This document shows positions 1-11,180 of a DNA stretch of 64,000 bases, in pieces. The notes beneath the pieces are model-generated. The model made no database searches. It was not told where the DNA came from and saw only the letters and a list, made by a program, of their open reading frames with translations. Numbering within the stretch: position 1 is the first letter of the stretch; the number at the start of each line of letters is the position of its first letter. The DNA comes from Chiloscyllium plagiosum (lineage: Eukaryota), in NCBI RefSeq assembly GCF_004010195.1, contig NC_057749.1:24418334-24482333 (forward strand), given 5' to 3'. The translations under genes were made by a program, and so were the position numbers.

Positions 1-144
1 GGCTCACTGCCTTTATTCCTGATGAAGGGCTTTTGCCCGAAACGTCGATTTCGAAGCTCCTTGGATGCTGCCTGAATTGCTGTGCTCTTCCAGCACCACT
101 GATCCAGAATCTGGTTTCCAGCATCTGCAGTTATTGTTTTTACC
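1..144 (+). mobile_element. Penelope-like terminal repeat (pLTR) fragment, family A, with hammerhead-like motif
   Basis: cctgatgaagggcttttgcccgaaacgtcg...ggatgctgcctga...ccagcatctgcag; the same motif recurs many times in the window. Confidence 0.65.
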
Positions 145-626
145 TTATTCACATTAAGGTAATGGGAGATATTAAAATGTGGGCACAGGGAATGAGCAAA
201 ACTAATTTTTCAGCCTCAAATTAGATTTTATTGGTTCACAAGTGTAGGCAGCATAGTTAGGCAGAATTAGTTGCATCTGTGTCTATGAAGATGTGCATCT
301 ACAGTTGCTGTTGGCAATACTATACATTGTATCAGTGAACATTAGTGCGGAACATGCATTGTACTTTCTATTGGCAAATTTGTCCTTGTTTGAAAATGTT
401 TTGGGTTTTACTTCTTCTCAGCTTTTCCCTATCTTAGGGTACGATTCACAGACTGTCCAGCATGTTATCCAAGTAGATGTTATTTATGGAGGACCCTTGA
501 CCTGCTGCAGTGTGGAGGACATCACTATGAGCCTGATCCTACCCTCATCTGGCTCTTGTGTAGCTGGAAGTTTTTTTATAATGCTGACGAGTATGAATCA
601 GGGTAATTTGACTGTGTTCACAGTAT

Positions 627-757
627 GAGAGAAAGTGAAGACTGCGGATGCTGGACAGCCAGAGTTGAAAAGTGTGGCACTGGAAAAGCACAGCAGGTCA
701 GGCAACTTCAGAGGAGTAGGAGAGTTGATGTTTTGGGCATATACCCTTTATCAGGAA
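627..757 (-). mobile_element. PLE pLTR fragment, family A
   Basis: gagaaagtgaagactgcggatgctgg...ggaaaagcacagcaggtcaggc...tcaggaatg, flanked by tgtgttca on both sides. Confidence 0.6.
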
Positions 758-919
758 TGTGTTCAGTCTACCTTCTCCACTCCTACTTTGCTGATGTGGT
801 TTGACAAACAAATAGTTTCTGAGCCTGAGCTATCCACAGACACAGTGTGCAAGCAGTGCCATATGTAGCTGATAGTTTAAATTGTCTTACTTAGAATATG
901 CTCTGCTAAATACCTTGCA

Positions 920-1290
920 CAGTAGACCCCCCCCCCCAATATCCACAGGGGCTCCATTCCAAGACCTACCGTGGATAGGGGTGAATTCTTTAATTTAAAT
1001 GGCAGCCCCCCCGGTCCCTAATTCTGGAAGGTTCCTTATACACAGGAACCTCGATTATCCAAATGATGGGGGCGGGTGATATTTTGTTCAGTTAATTGAA
1101 TTCCAGATAATCAAATGCTGGATAACATAGTTTAGCCAAGCATCGGAACTTACAATCTTGCCGGGTGATCTGATATTTGGATAATCAAATGCCGGATAAC
1201 AGAGGTTTCTCTGTAATATGTTTGGGCTGCGGTAAACTGTAGGTAACTGAAACTACGGAACACTATTCTGTGGATACCGGGGTTGCCCTG
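920..1290. mobile_element. Probable non-autonomous Tc1/mariner (Tigger/pogo-like) element hosting a nested MITE
   Basis: Ends cagtagacccc...tatccacaggg and tgtggataccggggttgccctg are imperfect inverted repeats starting CAG and ending CTG. Confidence 0.45.
1041..1213. mobile_element. MITE, Tc1/mariner type
   Basis: TA|cacaggaacctcgattatcc ... ggataacagaggtttctctg|TA: TIRs plus TA target duplication; same TIR as 62031-62803. Confidence 0.7.
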
Positions 1291-1550
1291 TTTATTAGGT
1301 TCTGTTTGTGTAACTCTCTTTGGTGCACAGAGTTGATAATGAGACATGCATGTCCTCCAAATACACTTAGTACATATTCCTCTAATTGCCTTTACACTTG
1401 AAACCTTTAACCTATTTTGCATTCTTTGCTGCTGAGCAACTTGATTAATACTGCAGAATAGTCAAATTCCATTCAGAAACACAACTGAATTACAGCTTCC
1501 ATACATGCGCAAACTATCCTTGTATTATTTCTATTGTTTTTGAGCTTTTG

Positions 1551-2510
1551 GAGTCAGAGGTGTACCACATGGAAACAGACCCTTCGGTCCAACTCGTCCA
1601 TGCCGACTAGATATCTTAAATTAATCTAGTCCCATTTGGCCCATATCCCTCTAAATCCTTCCTATTCATATACCCAACCAGATGTCTTTTAAATGTTTTA
1701 ATTGCACCAGTCTTCATCTCCTCTGGCAGCTCATTCCATACACTCACCATCCTGTGAAAAAGTTATCCCTTAGGTCCCTTTTAAATCTTTGCCCTGTCAC
1801 CTTAAACCTATGCCCTCTAGTTTTGGACTCTCACAACCCAGGGAAAAGACCTTGTCTGTTCACTCTATCTGTACCCCTCATGATTTTATAAATTTCAATA
1901 AGGTCACCCCTCAGCCTCTGACATTCTAGGGAAAACAACCTCTCTCTATAGCTCAAACTCTCCAACTCTGGCAATATGCTTCTAAATCTTTTCTGAATCA
2001 CAACATCCTTCCTATAGCAGGGAGAAAAGAATTGCAAGCAGTATTTCAAAAGTGGCCAAACCAATGTCCGATGGAGGTGCAACTTGACCTCCCAACTCCT
2101 ATACTCAATGCACTGACCAGTAAAGTCAAGCATACCAAACACTGCCTTCACCATCCTGTCTGCCTGCGATTCTCCACTCAAGGAAGCATGAGCCTACACT
2201 CCAAGGTCTCTTTGTTTGGCAATACTTCCCAAGACCTTAACATTAAGTGTATAGGTTCTGCTCTGATTTGCCTTTCTAAAATGCAGCACCTTGCACTTAT
2301 CTAAATTAAATTCCCATCTGCCACTCTTTCAGCCCACCGGCCCATCCGATCAAGGTCCTGTTTGTACTCCGAGGTAACTTTCTTGGTTGTCCACTACGCC
2401 ACCAATTTTGGTGTCACATGCAAACTTACTAACCATATCTCCAATGTTCACATCCAAATCATTTATATAAATGTCAAAAAGCAGTGGACCCAGCACCAAT
2501 CCTTGTAGCA
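1551..2510 (-). mobile_element. CR1-clade LINE (HER1-like) 3' fragment
   Basis: Minus-strand ORF pieces QGLVLGPLLFDIYINDLD...SKFACDTKIGG and YCLQFFSP...LRGDLIEIYKIM, followed by the typical 3' tail. Confidence 0.9.
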
Positions 2511-3587
2511 GGTTGTTAATTGGGCTTTTACATGTCTGTTTAAACTTCTGAAATGGCACCAGTAAGTACACATGTAGCCTGAAGAGAAAAATAATATTTA
2601 CTTGCAGGAGATGTGGTTTATGGGGCTGCTGTTTGGAAAGCATGACCATGAGCTCTGTCACAGACTCTGGTTGTTGAAATATTTAATAGTAAGACCTGAC
2701 AATTGCTACTTTACTACGTTAAAATGCCAGTATCATTGTTTAATTTTTGCACTGTGGACATTGCTGACGAGGCCAGCTTTTATTGCCCTTTCCTAATTGA
2801 CCTTGAATGATGAAGGCTTATGAGCTGCTGCCTTGAGCTGCTCATGTCTGTGGAGGATACACGTGTCCACAATGTTATTAGGAAGAAAGTTAAGACATTG
2901 GCAAGTTTTGACAGATCTTGACTCTATGGAGGGTAAAACGTTGGGAGATTGACTAGGTATTTATGAGAATAGAGAAGTCCAGGTATTGGATTTTCAAAGT
3001 AGTTGGAAGAAACCCATGACACGGTGGTGGTTAGGCCTAACTCATTTTGACAGCAAGGATTCTCTATCATGTTATAAGCTTAATACATACAGATTATCCA
3101 TAAGGATTTCCAACTATTGTACTTTCCTCATACCTTTTATATGTAGTGCACTCTGATCATCTTAGAAAATGATTTTTATGAAGAGTGCTTAATTGACTAA
3201 TTCATATCTCATCTGTATTAGTAGCTTTTAGAAGAGGCCTCTGTGTTCAAAGCATTGTGGTGTTGAATCAGCCCTATTTACTATGCAGGGCGAAATCTAC
3301 AGTGCCAAAAATCAACTGGAATGACCTTGTCGCCAGGGTCTCTGTAATTCCAATTTGAAAGCAGCACATTATGAATTGTATACAATCGAAAGTTGTCTGT
3401 TCATTTCACTAATCAGGAACTGTACTGCTGCCTCTACACACAGGCCAAATATACAGCCTGCTGCTGTGACTTGACAAAATGCCATGGCATCACTGAAGCC
3501 AGGAAACCCAGATTACCTTAGTTCATCATCAGAATTATCCTGTGCCCCTTCTTTTGCTGCATGAGATTGTTGGGGGATTTGTCTCTA

Positions 3588-4880
3588 CTATTTGGGAAAG
3601 TATAATTTGATTAGAGATAGTCAGCATGGTTTTCTGAGGGACAAGACATACCTCACAAGCCTTATTGAATCTTTGAGGATGTGACAAAACACATTGATGA
3701 AGGTAGAGCAGCGGATGAGGTGTACATGGATTTTCCAAGGTGTTTGATAAGGCTTCCCATGATAGGCTCATTCAGAAAGTAAGGAAGCATGGGATACAGG
3801 GAAATTTGGCTGTGTGGATACAGAATTGGCTGGATCATAGAAGACAAAGGGTGGTAGTAGTTGGAAAATATTCAGCCTGGAGTTTGGTGACTGGTGGTGT
3901 TCCACAGGGATCTGTCCTTAGATCCCTGCTCTTGTGATTTTTATAAATGACTTGGACGAGAAAGTGAAAGGGTGGATTAAGTAAGTTTGCTGATGACACG
4001 AAGGTTGGTGGAGTTGTGAATAGTGTGGAGGGCCGTTCTCAGTTGCAGCAGGACATTGACAGGATGCAGAGTTGGGCTGAGAAGTGGCAAGTGGAGTTCA
4101 ACCTGGAAAAGTGTGAAGTGATTCATTTTGGAAGTTTGAATTTGAATGCAGATTACAGGGTTAAAGAGAGGATTTTTGGCAGCGTGGAGGAGCAGAGGGA
4201 TCTTGGGGTCTATGTCCATAGATCCCTCAAAGTTGCCACTTAAGTTGATAGGGTTGTTAAGAAGGCATGTGGTGTGTTGGCTTTCATTATCAGGGGGATT
4301 GAGTTTAAGACCCGTGAGGTTATGCTGCAGCTCGATAAAGTCATCGTTAGACCACCCTTGGAATATTGTGTTCAGTTTTGGTGACCTCATTATAGGAATG
4401 ATGTAGAAGCTTTAGAGAGGGTGCAGAGATTTACTGGGAAGCTACCTGGACTGGAAGGCATGTCTTATGAAGAAAGCTGAAGGAGCTAAGGCTTTCTCAT
4501 TGGAGCGAAGAAGGATGAGAGGCAACTTTATAGAGGTGTACAAGATGATGAGAGGGATAGATAGAGTGGGTAACCAGAAACTTTTTCCCCCGAGTGGAAA
4601 TTGCTGAGGGGCATAATTTTAAGGTGATTGCAAGAAGGTTTAGGGGAGATGTCAGAGGTAGGTTCTTTACACACAGTGGTGGGTATGTGGAATGCACTGC
4701 CAGCTGTGGTAATAGAGTCAGATGCATTAGGGACATTTAAGCGACTCTTGGATAGTCGCATGGATGATAATAAAATGAAGGGTATGTGGGTTAATTTTAT
4801 CTTAGGGTAGGATAAAAGGCCCACACAACATCGCGGGCCGAAGGACCGTTACTGTGCTATACTGTTCCATATTCTATTCT
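3588..4880 (+). mobile_element. CR1-clade LINE, RT domain to 3' tail, degenerate
   Basis: FDKASHDRLI...GVPQGSVL, KFADDTK, QSWAEKWQVEFNLEKC; tail ends in tattc repeats. Confidence 0.92.
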
Positions 4881-5649
4881 GCCTGAAATCCGATCTCATT
4901 TGTTGATCCAATATAAAGGGTCTCCTAATGTCAGCCCTGCGTTACATCTTACACGGTTGATCGTGCGTTCCCTGTCGAACCTCAGTGCGTGCTGGAAGTC
5001 AAGCCTTGCTATCTCTGGAATCGTTGCAAAAGTTAATGATTTTAAAGAGTAAGCAGAATTCGTCCATTTGCCTGCCTTAAAGACCCAGGTTGACGAAGCA
5101 TGGGCCAGGTTTCTGAACTGAATGAAAATTACTTTGTTACAAGTAATTAGACTGTGGCTACAAGTAAACACTTACAAACACTCAGCATATAATGACTAAT
5201 TAAAACTCTAATTCCCTTATAAATGCATGTACACGCAAACATAGATGTTGTAGTTGGAGGAAAAATGGTTCAGTAGTCTCTATTGACAGGATCTGCTGAG
5301 CTGGTCCTTGTGCTGGTCAAAATGCTGCTACTGATTTTCCTTCTCTGGATTTTTTGAAGAGGCACATGGTGGCTGGATCACTAATAAAAGGTCCCTGACT
5401 TATTAATTAAAAGTAAAAACTTACAACAACTTCTGGAGGGAAGATAAACTGGTTTTCTTGAAACTTGAAGTGGCTTTAACTGCAGAGCACAGGGAGAGCA
5501 CCCGGGCTGGTAGAGATCTTTGTATTTTGTTCATAGATCCAAGCTGTTCAGCTGCCTAAGAATTGATCACATCGTTCTTGGCAGGCAGAAGAAAACTGGT
5601 CACTAGTCCACGAACCAATTATACCGGGGATAGGGGTGGGAAATAGACA

Positions 5650-6180
5650 TTGTGTTTCATCTGAGTGATCACTTTGCAGAACACTTGCGCTCTGTATCTA
5701 CAAAAGACCCCAGGCTTCCTGTTGCCTGCCACTTCAACAGATCACTGTATTCCCTGGCCAACATCTCTGTCTCAGGCCTGCTGCAGTGGTCCAAAGAGTC
5801 ACAATGCAAGCTAGAAGAGCAGCACCTCATCTTCTTCCTGGGATCTTACAGCCTTCATGACTCAATATTGAGTTCAGTAGTTTTATTGCATTACTATCTC
5901 CTTCCATGTCTATTAACTACCCCACAACCAAATTCCTGTCATGACATGGGTTGCTTTGAGCATTTCACCCATTTTTGCCGACTCATTGATCGCATATCAC
6001 CTATTTTGCTGCTTTCCTTCCCTGGCTTACTATCTCAATCCCTTTGTCTGCCTACCATTTTTTCTCTTTCTCTCTAGGCTCCCTCAGCACTTATCCACTC
6101 ATCCCCACCCCCTTGAATTCTGCTTTCTCTCCATATATGTTGCCAGAGTTTCTCCAATTTCTGTTTTAGCGTGTTTCACC
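5650..6180 (+). mobile_element. Penelope-like element 3' fragment (GIY-YIG C-terminal part)
   Basis: DHFAEHLRSV...PVACHFN...CKLEEQHLIFFLG is typical of the PLE endonuclease C-terminus. Confidence 0.7.
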
Positions 6181-6345
6181 TTTAAGAACCCTGGTGCAAA
6201 TTCTGTGGCAGTGTAAATTTGTAGCTTATCAAATATGTTCCGAGGTATAAATTATTAGATTTGCAATATTATTTGCATTTATCATAGGAAAGAGTGCAAA
6301 TTAGGTTTAGGAGGAGCACTTGACATTTTTAGGCTGTTTTTGAAT

Positions 6346-7267
6346 TTGTTGCGGTTCTGTTCGCCGAGCTGGGAATTTGTGTTGCAGACGTTTCGTCCCC
6401 TGTCTAGGTGACATCCTCAGTGCTTGGGAGCCTCCTGTGAAACGCATCTGTGATGTTTCCTCTGGCATTTATAGTGATTTGTACCTGCCGCTGCCGGTTG
6501 TCAGTTCCAGCTGTCTGCTGCAGTGGCCGGTATATTGGGTTCAGGTCAACGTGCTTATTGATTGAATCTGTGGATGAGTGCCATGCCTCTAGGAATTCCC
6601 TGGCTGTTCTGTTTGGCTTGTCCTATAATAGTAGTGTTGTCCCAGTCGAACTCATGTTGCTTGTCATCTGAATGTGTGGCTACTAAGGACAGCTGGTCAT
6701 GTCATTTCGTGGCTAGTTGGTGTTCATGGATGCGGATCGTTAGCTGTCTTCCTGTTTGTCCTATGTAGTGTTTTGTGCAGTCCTTGCATGGGATTTTGTA
6801 CACTACATTGGTTTTGCTCATGCTGTGTATCGGGTCCTTCGTTCTGGTGAGTTGTTGTCTGAGAGTGGCTGTTGGTTTGTGTGCTGTTATGAGTCCTAGT
6901 GGTCGCAGTAGTCTGGCTTTCAGTTCAGAAATGTTTTTGATGTATGGTAGTGTGGCTAGTCCTTTGGGTTGTGGCATGTCCTCATCCGTTGTCTTTCCCT
7001 TAGGCATCTGTTGATAAAATTACGGGGGTATCCGTTTTTGGCGAATACATTGTAGAGGTGTTCTTCTTCCTCTTTTTGCGGTTCTGGTGTACTGCAGTGT
7101 GTTGTGCCCCTTTTGAACAGTGTCTTGATGCAACTTCTTTTGTGTGTGTTGGGGTGGTTGCTTTCGTAGTTTAGGACTTGGTCTGTGTGCGTGGTTTTCC
7201 TGTATAACTTTGTATACAAATTCCCAGCTTGGCGAACAGAACCACAACAACGAGCACCCGAGCTACA
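6346..7267 (-). mobile_element. 5'-truncated Penelope-like element (Penelope/Poseidon type): RT thumb plus GIY-YIG, with inverted pLTR ends
   Basis: YRKTTHTDQVLNYESNHP...NGYP and VVYKIPCKDCTKHYIGQTGR...RIHEH. 6346-6380 is the reverse complement of 7216-7250. ORF frameshifted. Confidence 0.92.
6384..6423 (-). ncRNA. Minimal type I hammerhead ribozyme motif in PLE pLTR
   Basis: Minus strand reads GCA-CUGAGGA-U-GUCACCU(AGAC)AGGGGAC-GAAA-CG-UC-UGC: intact core, stem I GCA/UGC, stem II, palindromic ACGU in place of stem III. Confidence 0.75.
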
Positions 7268-7547
7268 GTTTCTCAGTATTGTCCTTGCATGCCTTATGAA
7301 GTTGATGTTAAAGATACCAAAAGATTTGGTATATTCACAGCCATGTATGACAGATTCATCCGCAGGGAATCTAGAGACAGGCTGGAAAATTGAATTAAGA
7401 CCCCAAACTGATTTGAGTGGTGGAGCAGGTTGGAAGAGTGGAATGGCCTATACCTGCTATGATCTTATAAGAGCTAAGGATCAGTCTGTCTTCACAACTG
7501 CTTTGAGTTACATTTCATGTTTTTCTTCTGCTTTTTCCCTTCTCTCT

Positions 7548-8935
7548 TGAATTGAATTTATTGTCACGTGTACCGAGGCACAGTGAAAAGCTTTGTCTTG
7601 AGAGCAATACAGGCAGATCACATAATTCAATAGAATAGATAAGTAAATAATCGGTAAACAGCGGCAAAAACCAAAACACAGGTACAGGCGAATGGTAAGA
7701 GTTTGAGAGTCCATTCAATGTTCTAACAACAGTAGGGAAGAAACTGTTTTGAAACCGGCTGGTGTGTGTGTTCAGGCTTCTGTACCTTCTCCCCGATGGT
7801 AGAGGTTGTAGAAAAGTTGGCAAAGGCATTCGCGTCATGCCAAATTTCCTCAGCTGCCTGAGGAAGAAGAGACATTGTTGGGCCTTTGTAACCAGTGCAT
7901 CCACATGAGTCCAAGAAAGCTTGTTGTGGATGACCACTCTCAGGAGCTTGACACTCTCCACTCGTTCCACCTCTGTACTGTTACTATGTAGGGGGGGGCA
8001 TGAGTAACATCCCGCCGAATGTCAATAATGAGTTCCTTGGTTTTGCTGGCATTGAGAGCTAGGTTCTCAGTGCGCATTTTTCTAGGTCTTCCACCTCCCA
8101 TTTGTAGTCTGTTTCATCGCCATCTGAAATTCAACCGACTATGGTGGTGTCATCAGCGAACGTGTAAATGGCATTAGTCTGGTATTTGGTGACGCACTCG
8201 TGGGTATACAGTGAGTACAGTAGGGGGCTGAGTACACATCCCCGGGGGGCTCCAATGTTGAGTGTAGTGAGGGTGAAATACTGTCCCCAGTCTTCTCTGA
8301 TAGTTTCCTGACCCACAGGCCACAGAGGATCCAGTTGCAGAGAGTGGGGCTTAGTCCAAGGTCACTAAGTTCAGTAATCACTCTCGAGGGGATAATAGTG
8401 TTGAAGGCTGAACTGTAGTCAATGAGTAGGATTCTTACGCAGCTGTTCTTGGTATCAAGATGTTCTAGGGAGGAGTGAAGGGCAAGTGATATGGCATCTG
8501 ACATGGATCGGTTGGTCCGACAGGCAAATTGAAGTAGGTCAAGAGTCGTGGGGAGGTTGGAGTTGAATAATGCCATGACCAGTCTTTCAAAGCACTTCAT
8601 GACCATCGAAGTTAGGCTCACTGGGTGGTAGTCATTGAGACATGCTGCATGAGCCGCCTTAGGCACAGGGATGATATTGGCATCTTGAAACAGGCAGGGA
8701 CAGTGGCCTGCTGCAGGGAGAGGTTGGAGATGTCCAAGAAGACCTCTGCCAGTTGATCTGTGCGTGCTCTGAGTGCACAGCCTGGTACTCTGTCTGGTCC
8801 CATCACTTTCCTTGGATTCCCACAAAGGAAAACTGATCTGACCTCTGATGCAGTGACTGTTGGAATAGGTTCGTCAGGACTTCTTAGAATAGGTGTTACC
8901 TCTCCACCGAAATTCTGCTCAGAGCGAGGGTAGAA
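7548..8935 (-). mobile_element. Rex1/Babar-type LINE fragment (RT), degenerate
   Basis: CLNDYHPVSLTSMVMKCFERLV, ILLIDYSSAFNTI, GAPRGCVLSPLLYSLYT, FADDTTIVG; (aattc)n tail. Confidence 0.88.
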
Positions 8936-9644
8936 GTCTCTCTTTTTGATTTATGTGTCTGCAAAGTTCTGTGAGAGGGATAGGAGGATTGGCATAGGTG
9001 ATACCAGCAGAGCCAGCCAGAATTCCAAAACTCAAGTTAGATCCTAAAAGAAAACCTAAAGGAGAGGAATATGATTGCCACAGATTTTAGCCACCTGAAA
9101 GGAACAACTTGTATCAAGGCATCAGCGACGTACTAGCTTAATTTCGGAAATCAGATCTCGATTATTCACAGTGAACAAACCTCGCTTTAAAATTGCTGTT
9201 GGAAAGTTTTCACAATTTTATCTGCAAAATCTTTCAGTAACAAGCTTTTGTCTAAAAATAGACTGAATTACTCACAGTAATGTGGGATGGGCTTTTGAGA
9301 GATTTGCAGAGGGTAAGAGTTGGAAATATAATACAGCTATAAGCTGCATTTACAGGAAGTGGTGAGATGCATTTATGTCCTGAGTCAAATTGACATTCTA
9401 CCACTTCCTGCACCTCTGCTGTCATATTATATCCTGTTAGCCAATTTAGCTTTGTACTCTGTAAATTAATATTTCATCCAAGTTACGTTAACCAGGTTTA
9501 CTTTTTACCAGATTTTGCTATCTGTCGAAAGTTAAACCACAGTGAGTGTCAGCTTCAGGAAAAGTCATAAATTCACACTAAGCAGATTAAGCGTTCAGTA
9601 GTAATAACATTTTACTTTGTGAATGGATGTCATTACTCCTGGGC

Positions 9645-9958
9645 TTTTTTTTTTAGATTAGATTCCCTACAGTGTGGAAACAGTCCCTTCGGCCCAACCA
9701 GTCCACACTGACCCTCCGAAGAGTAACCCACCCAGACCCATTTCCCTCTGACTAATTGACCTAGCACTATGGGCAATTTAGCATGGCCAGTTCACCTGAC
9801 CTGCACATCTTTGGACTGTGGGAGGAAACCAGAGCACCTGGAGGAAATCCACGCAGACACAGGGAGAATGTGCAAACTCCACACTGACAGTCACCCAAGG
9901 CTGCAATCGAACCTGGGAACCTGGTGCTGTGAGGCAGCAGTGCTAACCACTGAACCAC
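9645..9958 (-). mobile_element. HE1-type V-SINE
   Basis: tRNA-like head (cagtggttagcactgctgcctc), V-domain (tttgcacattctccc...ggtttcctcccacagtcc) and CR1-like tail with atcta repeats. Confidence 0.9.
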
Positions 9959-10722
9959 TCATGTTCAGTTCAAAAGTCCCATCCAAATAAAGTCATCAAA
10001 CATATTTCACTGAAATGTGTATTGAATACTGAATCAGAATTGATCATCAGATGTATACATGTAAATTCTAATCTGGCAGTCATGAAGATATAATGTTTTG
10101 ATTGGAGCAGCATCAAATAAGTTAAGTCATGTTTCTCACTCTGTTTTATTGTGTGCTGGTGTGGTTCATTGAGAGCCTAGGACTAGATTCTAATGACTTG
10201 AGTTGATAACTCTTAGATGGCTGAAATACAGGGTACTTTGTGTTAAACGCTAATGACCTGAAGTGCAATTTGTGTCAAAGTTATCCACTGTTCCTGCTGC
10301 TAGAATAGCAAAAGCCGTAGAACAATATCGATGATTGACTGATCTGTGGTGGTCCATACAGGTTAGCAGAACCTTTGTCAGGGTTCACGAGAAAAATAAT
10401 GCTGAAATCCATCTGAAAAGAGATGGTTCTGTGGCGTAAGGAAACCAGCTTCTTCTACCTTGTGGTTATGTAACTCCGAAGATCGGTGGGAGCAGAATGG
10501 TGTTCTTTGTGAAGTAACTTAGAAAGACTGTGGCAAAGCTGTGACAAAGTTAAGTTTTGTTGATCAGAGGGAAGATGAAGTTGGTATAGCAAGTGCAAAG
10601 TTCTGGCATGATACAGAAAATGAATATTACAAAAGAGTGGCTTGTCCATCACTCTGAAAGCCAAGGATAACATTGGAATGGTTCAATACCTAAGCATTCT
10701 CTCAGCCAGCACAAGGATGAGA

Positions 10723-10860
10723 TTGTTAAAAATCACATAACACCAGGTTATAGTCCAATAGATTTATTGGGAAGTGCTTCCAAATAAACCTGTTGGACTG
10801 TAACCTAGTGTTGTGTGATTTTTAACTTAGCCACCCCAGTCCAGCAACAGCCCTCCACAT
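10723..10860. mobile_element. Fold-back PLE pLTR mini-insertion, family C
   Basis: gttaaaaatcaca...ggaag / cttcc...tgtgatttttaac inverted arms; TSD caaggatgaga at 10712-10722 and 10861-10871. Confidence 0.75.
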
Positions 10861-10977
10861 CAAGGATGAGAATGGCTGCCTTCAACTTTCACATGGTGCT
10901 AACTGCCAGGTTTTGCAAGATCACTCTCAAGGTTAATGCATAGTGAATGATGAACAAATGGAATAAAGACTTATTTT

Positions 10978-11180
10978 AGAGTCCTAGTGTAATAGAGATG
11001 TACAGCATGGAAACAGACCCTTTGGTCCAACATGTCCATGCCGACCAGATATCCCAACCCAATCTAGTCCCACCTGCCAGCACCCGGCCCATATCCCTCC
11101 AAACCCTTCCTATTCATATACCCATCCAAATGCCACTTAAATGTTGCAATTGTACCAGCCTCCGCCACTTCCTCTGGCAT
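10978..11180 (-). mobile_element. HER1/CR1 LINE 3' tail fragment
   Basis: agagatgtacagcatggaaacagaccc...tgtaccagcctcc...cttcctctggca, the same tail as other copies. Confidence 0.85.

Noticed and set aside
4890..5630. Possible solo LTR
   Set aside because: Could not identify TG...CA ends, a TSD or a second copy.
8139..8825. 228 aa ORF as an intact reverse transcriptase gene
   Set aside because: Frameshifted mosaic of a truncated Rex/Babar LINE; no autonomous element is intact in this window.
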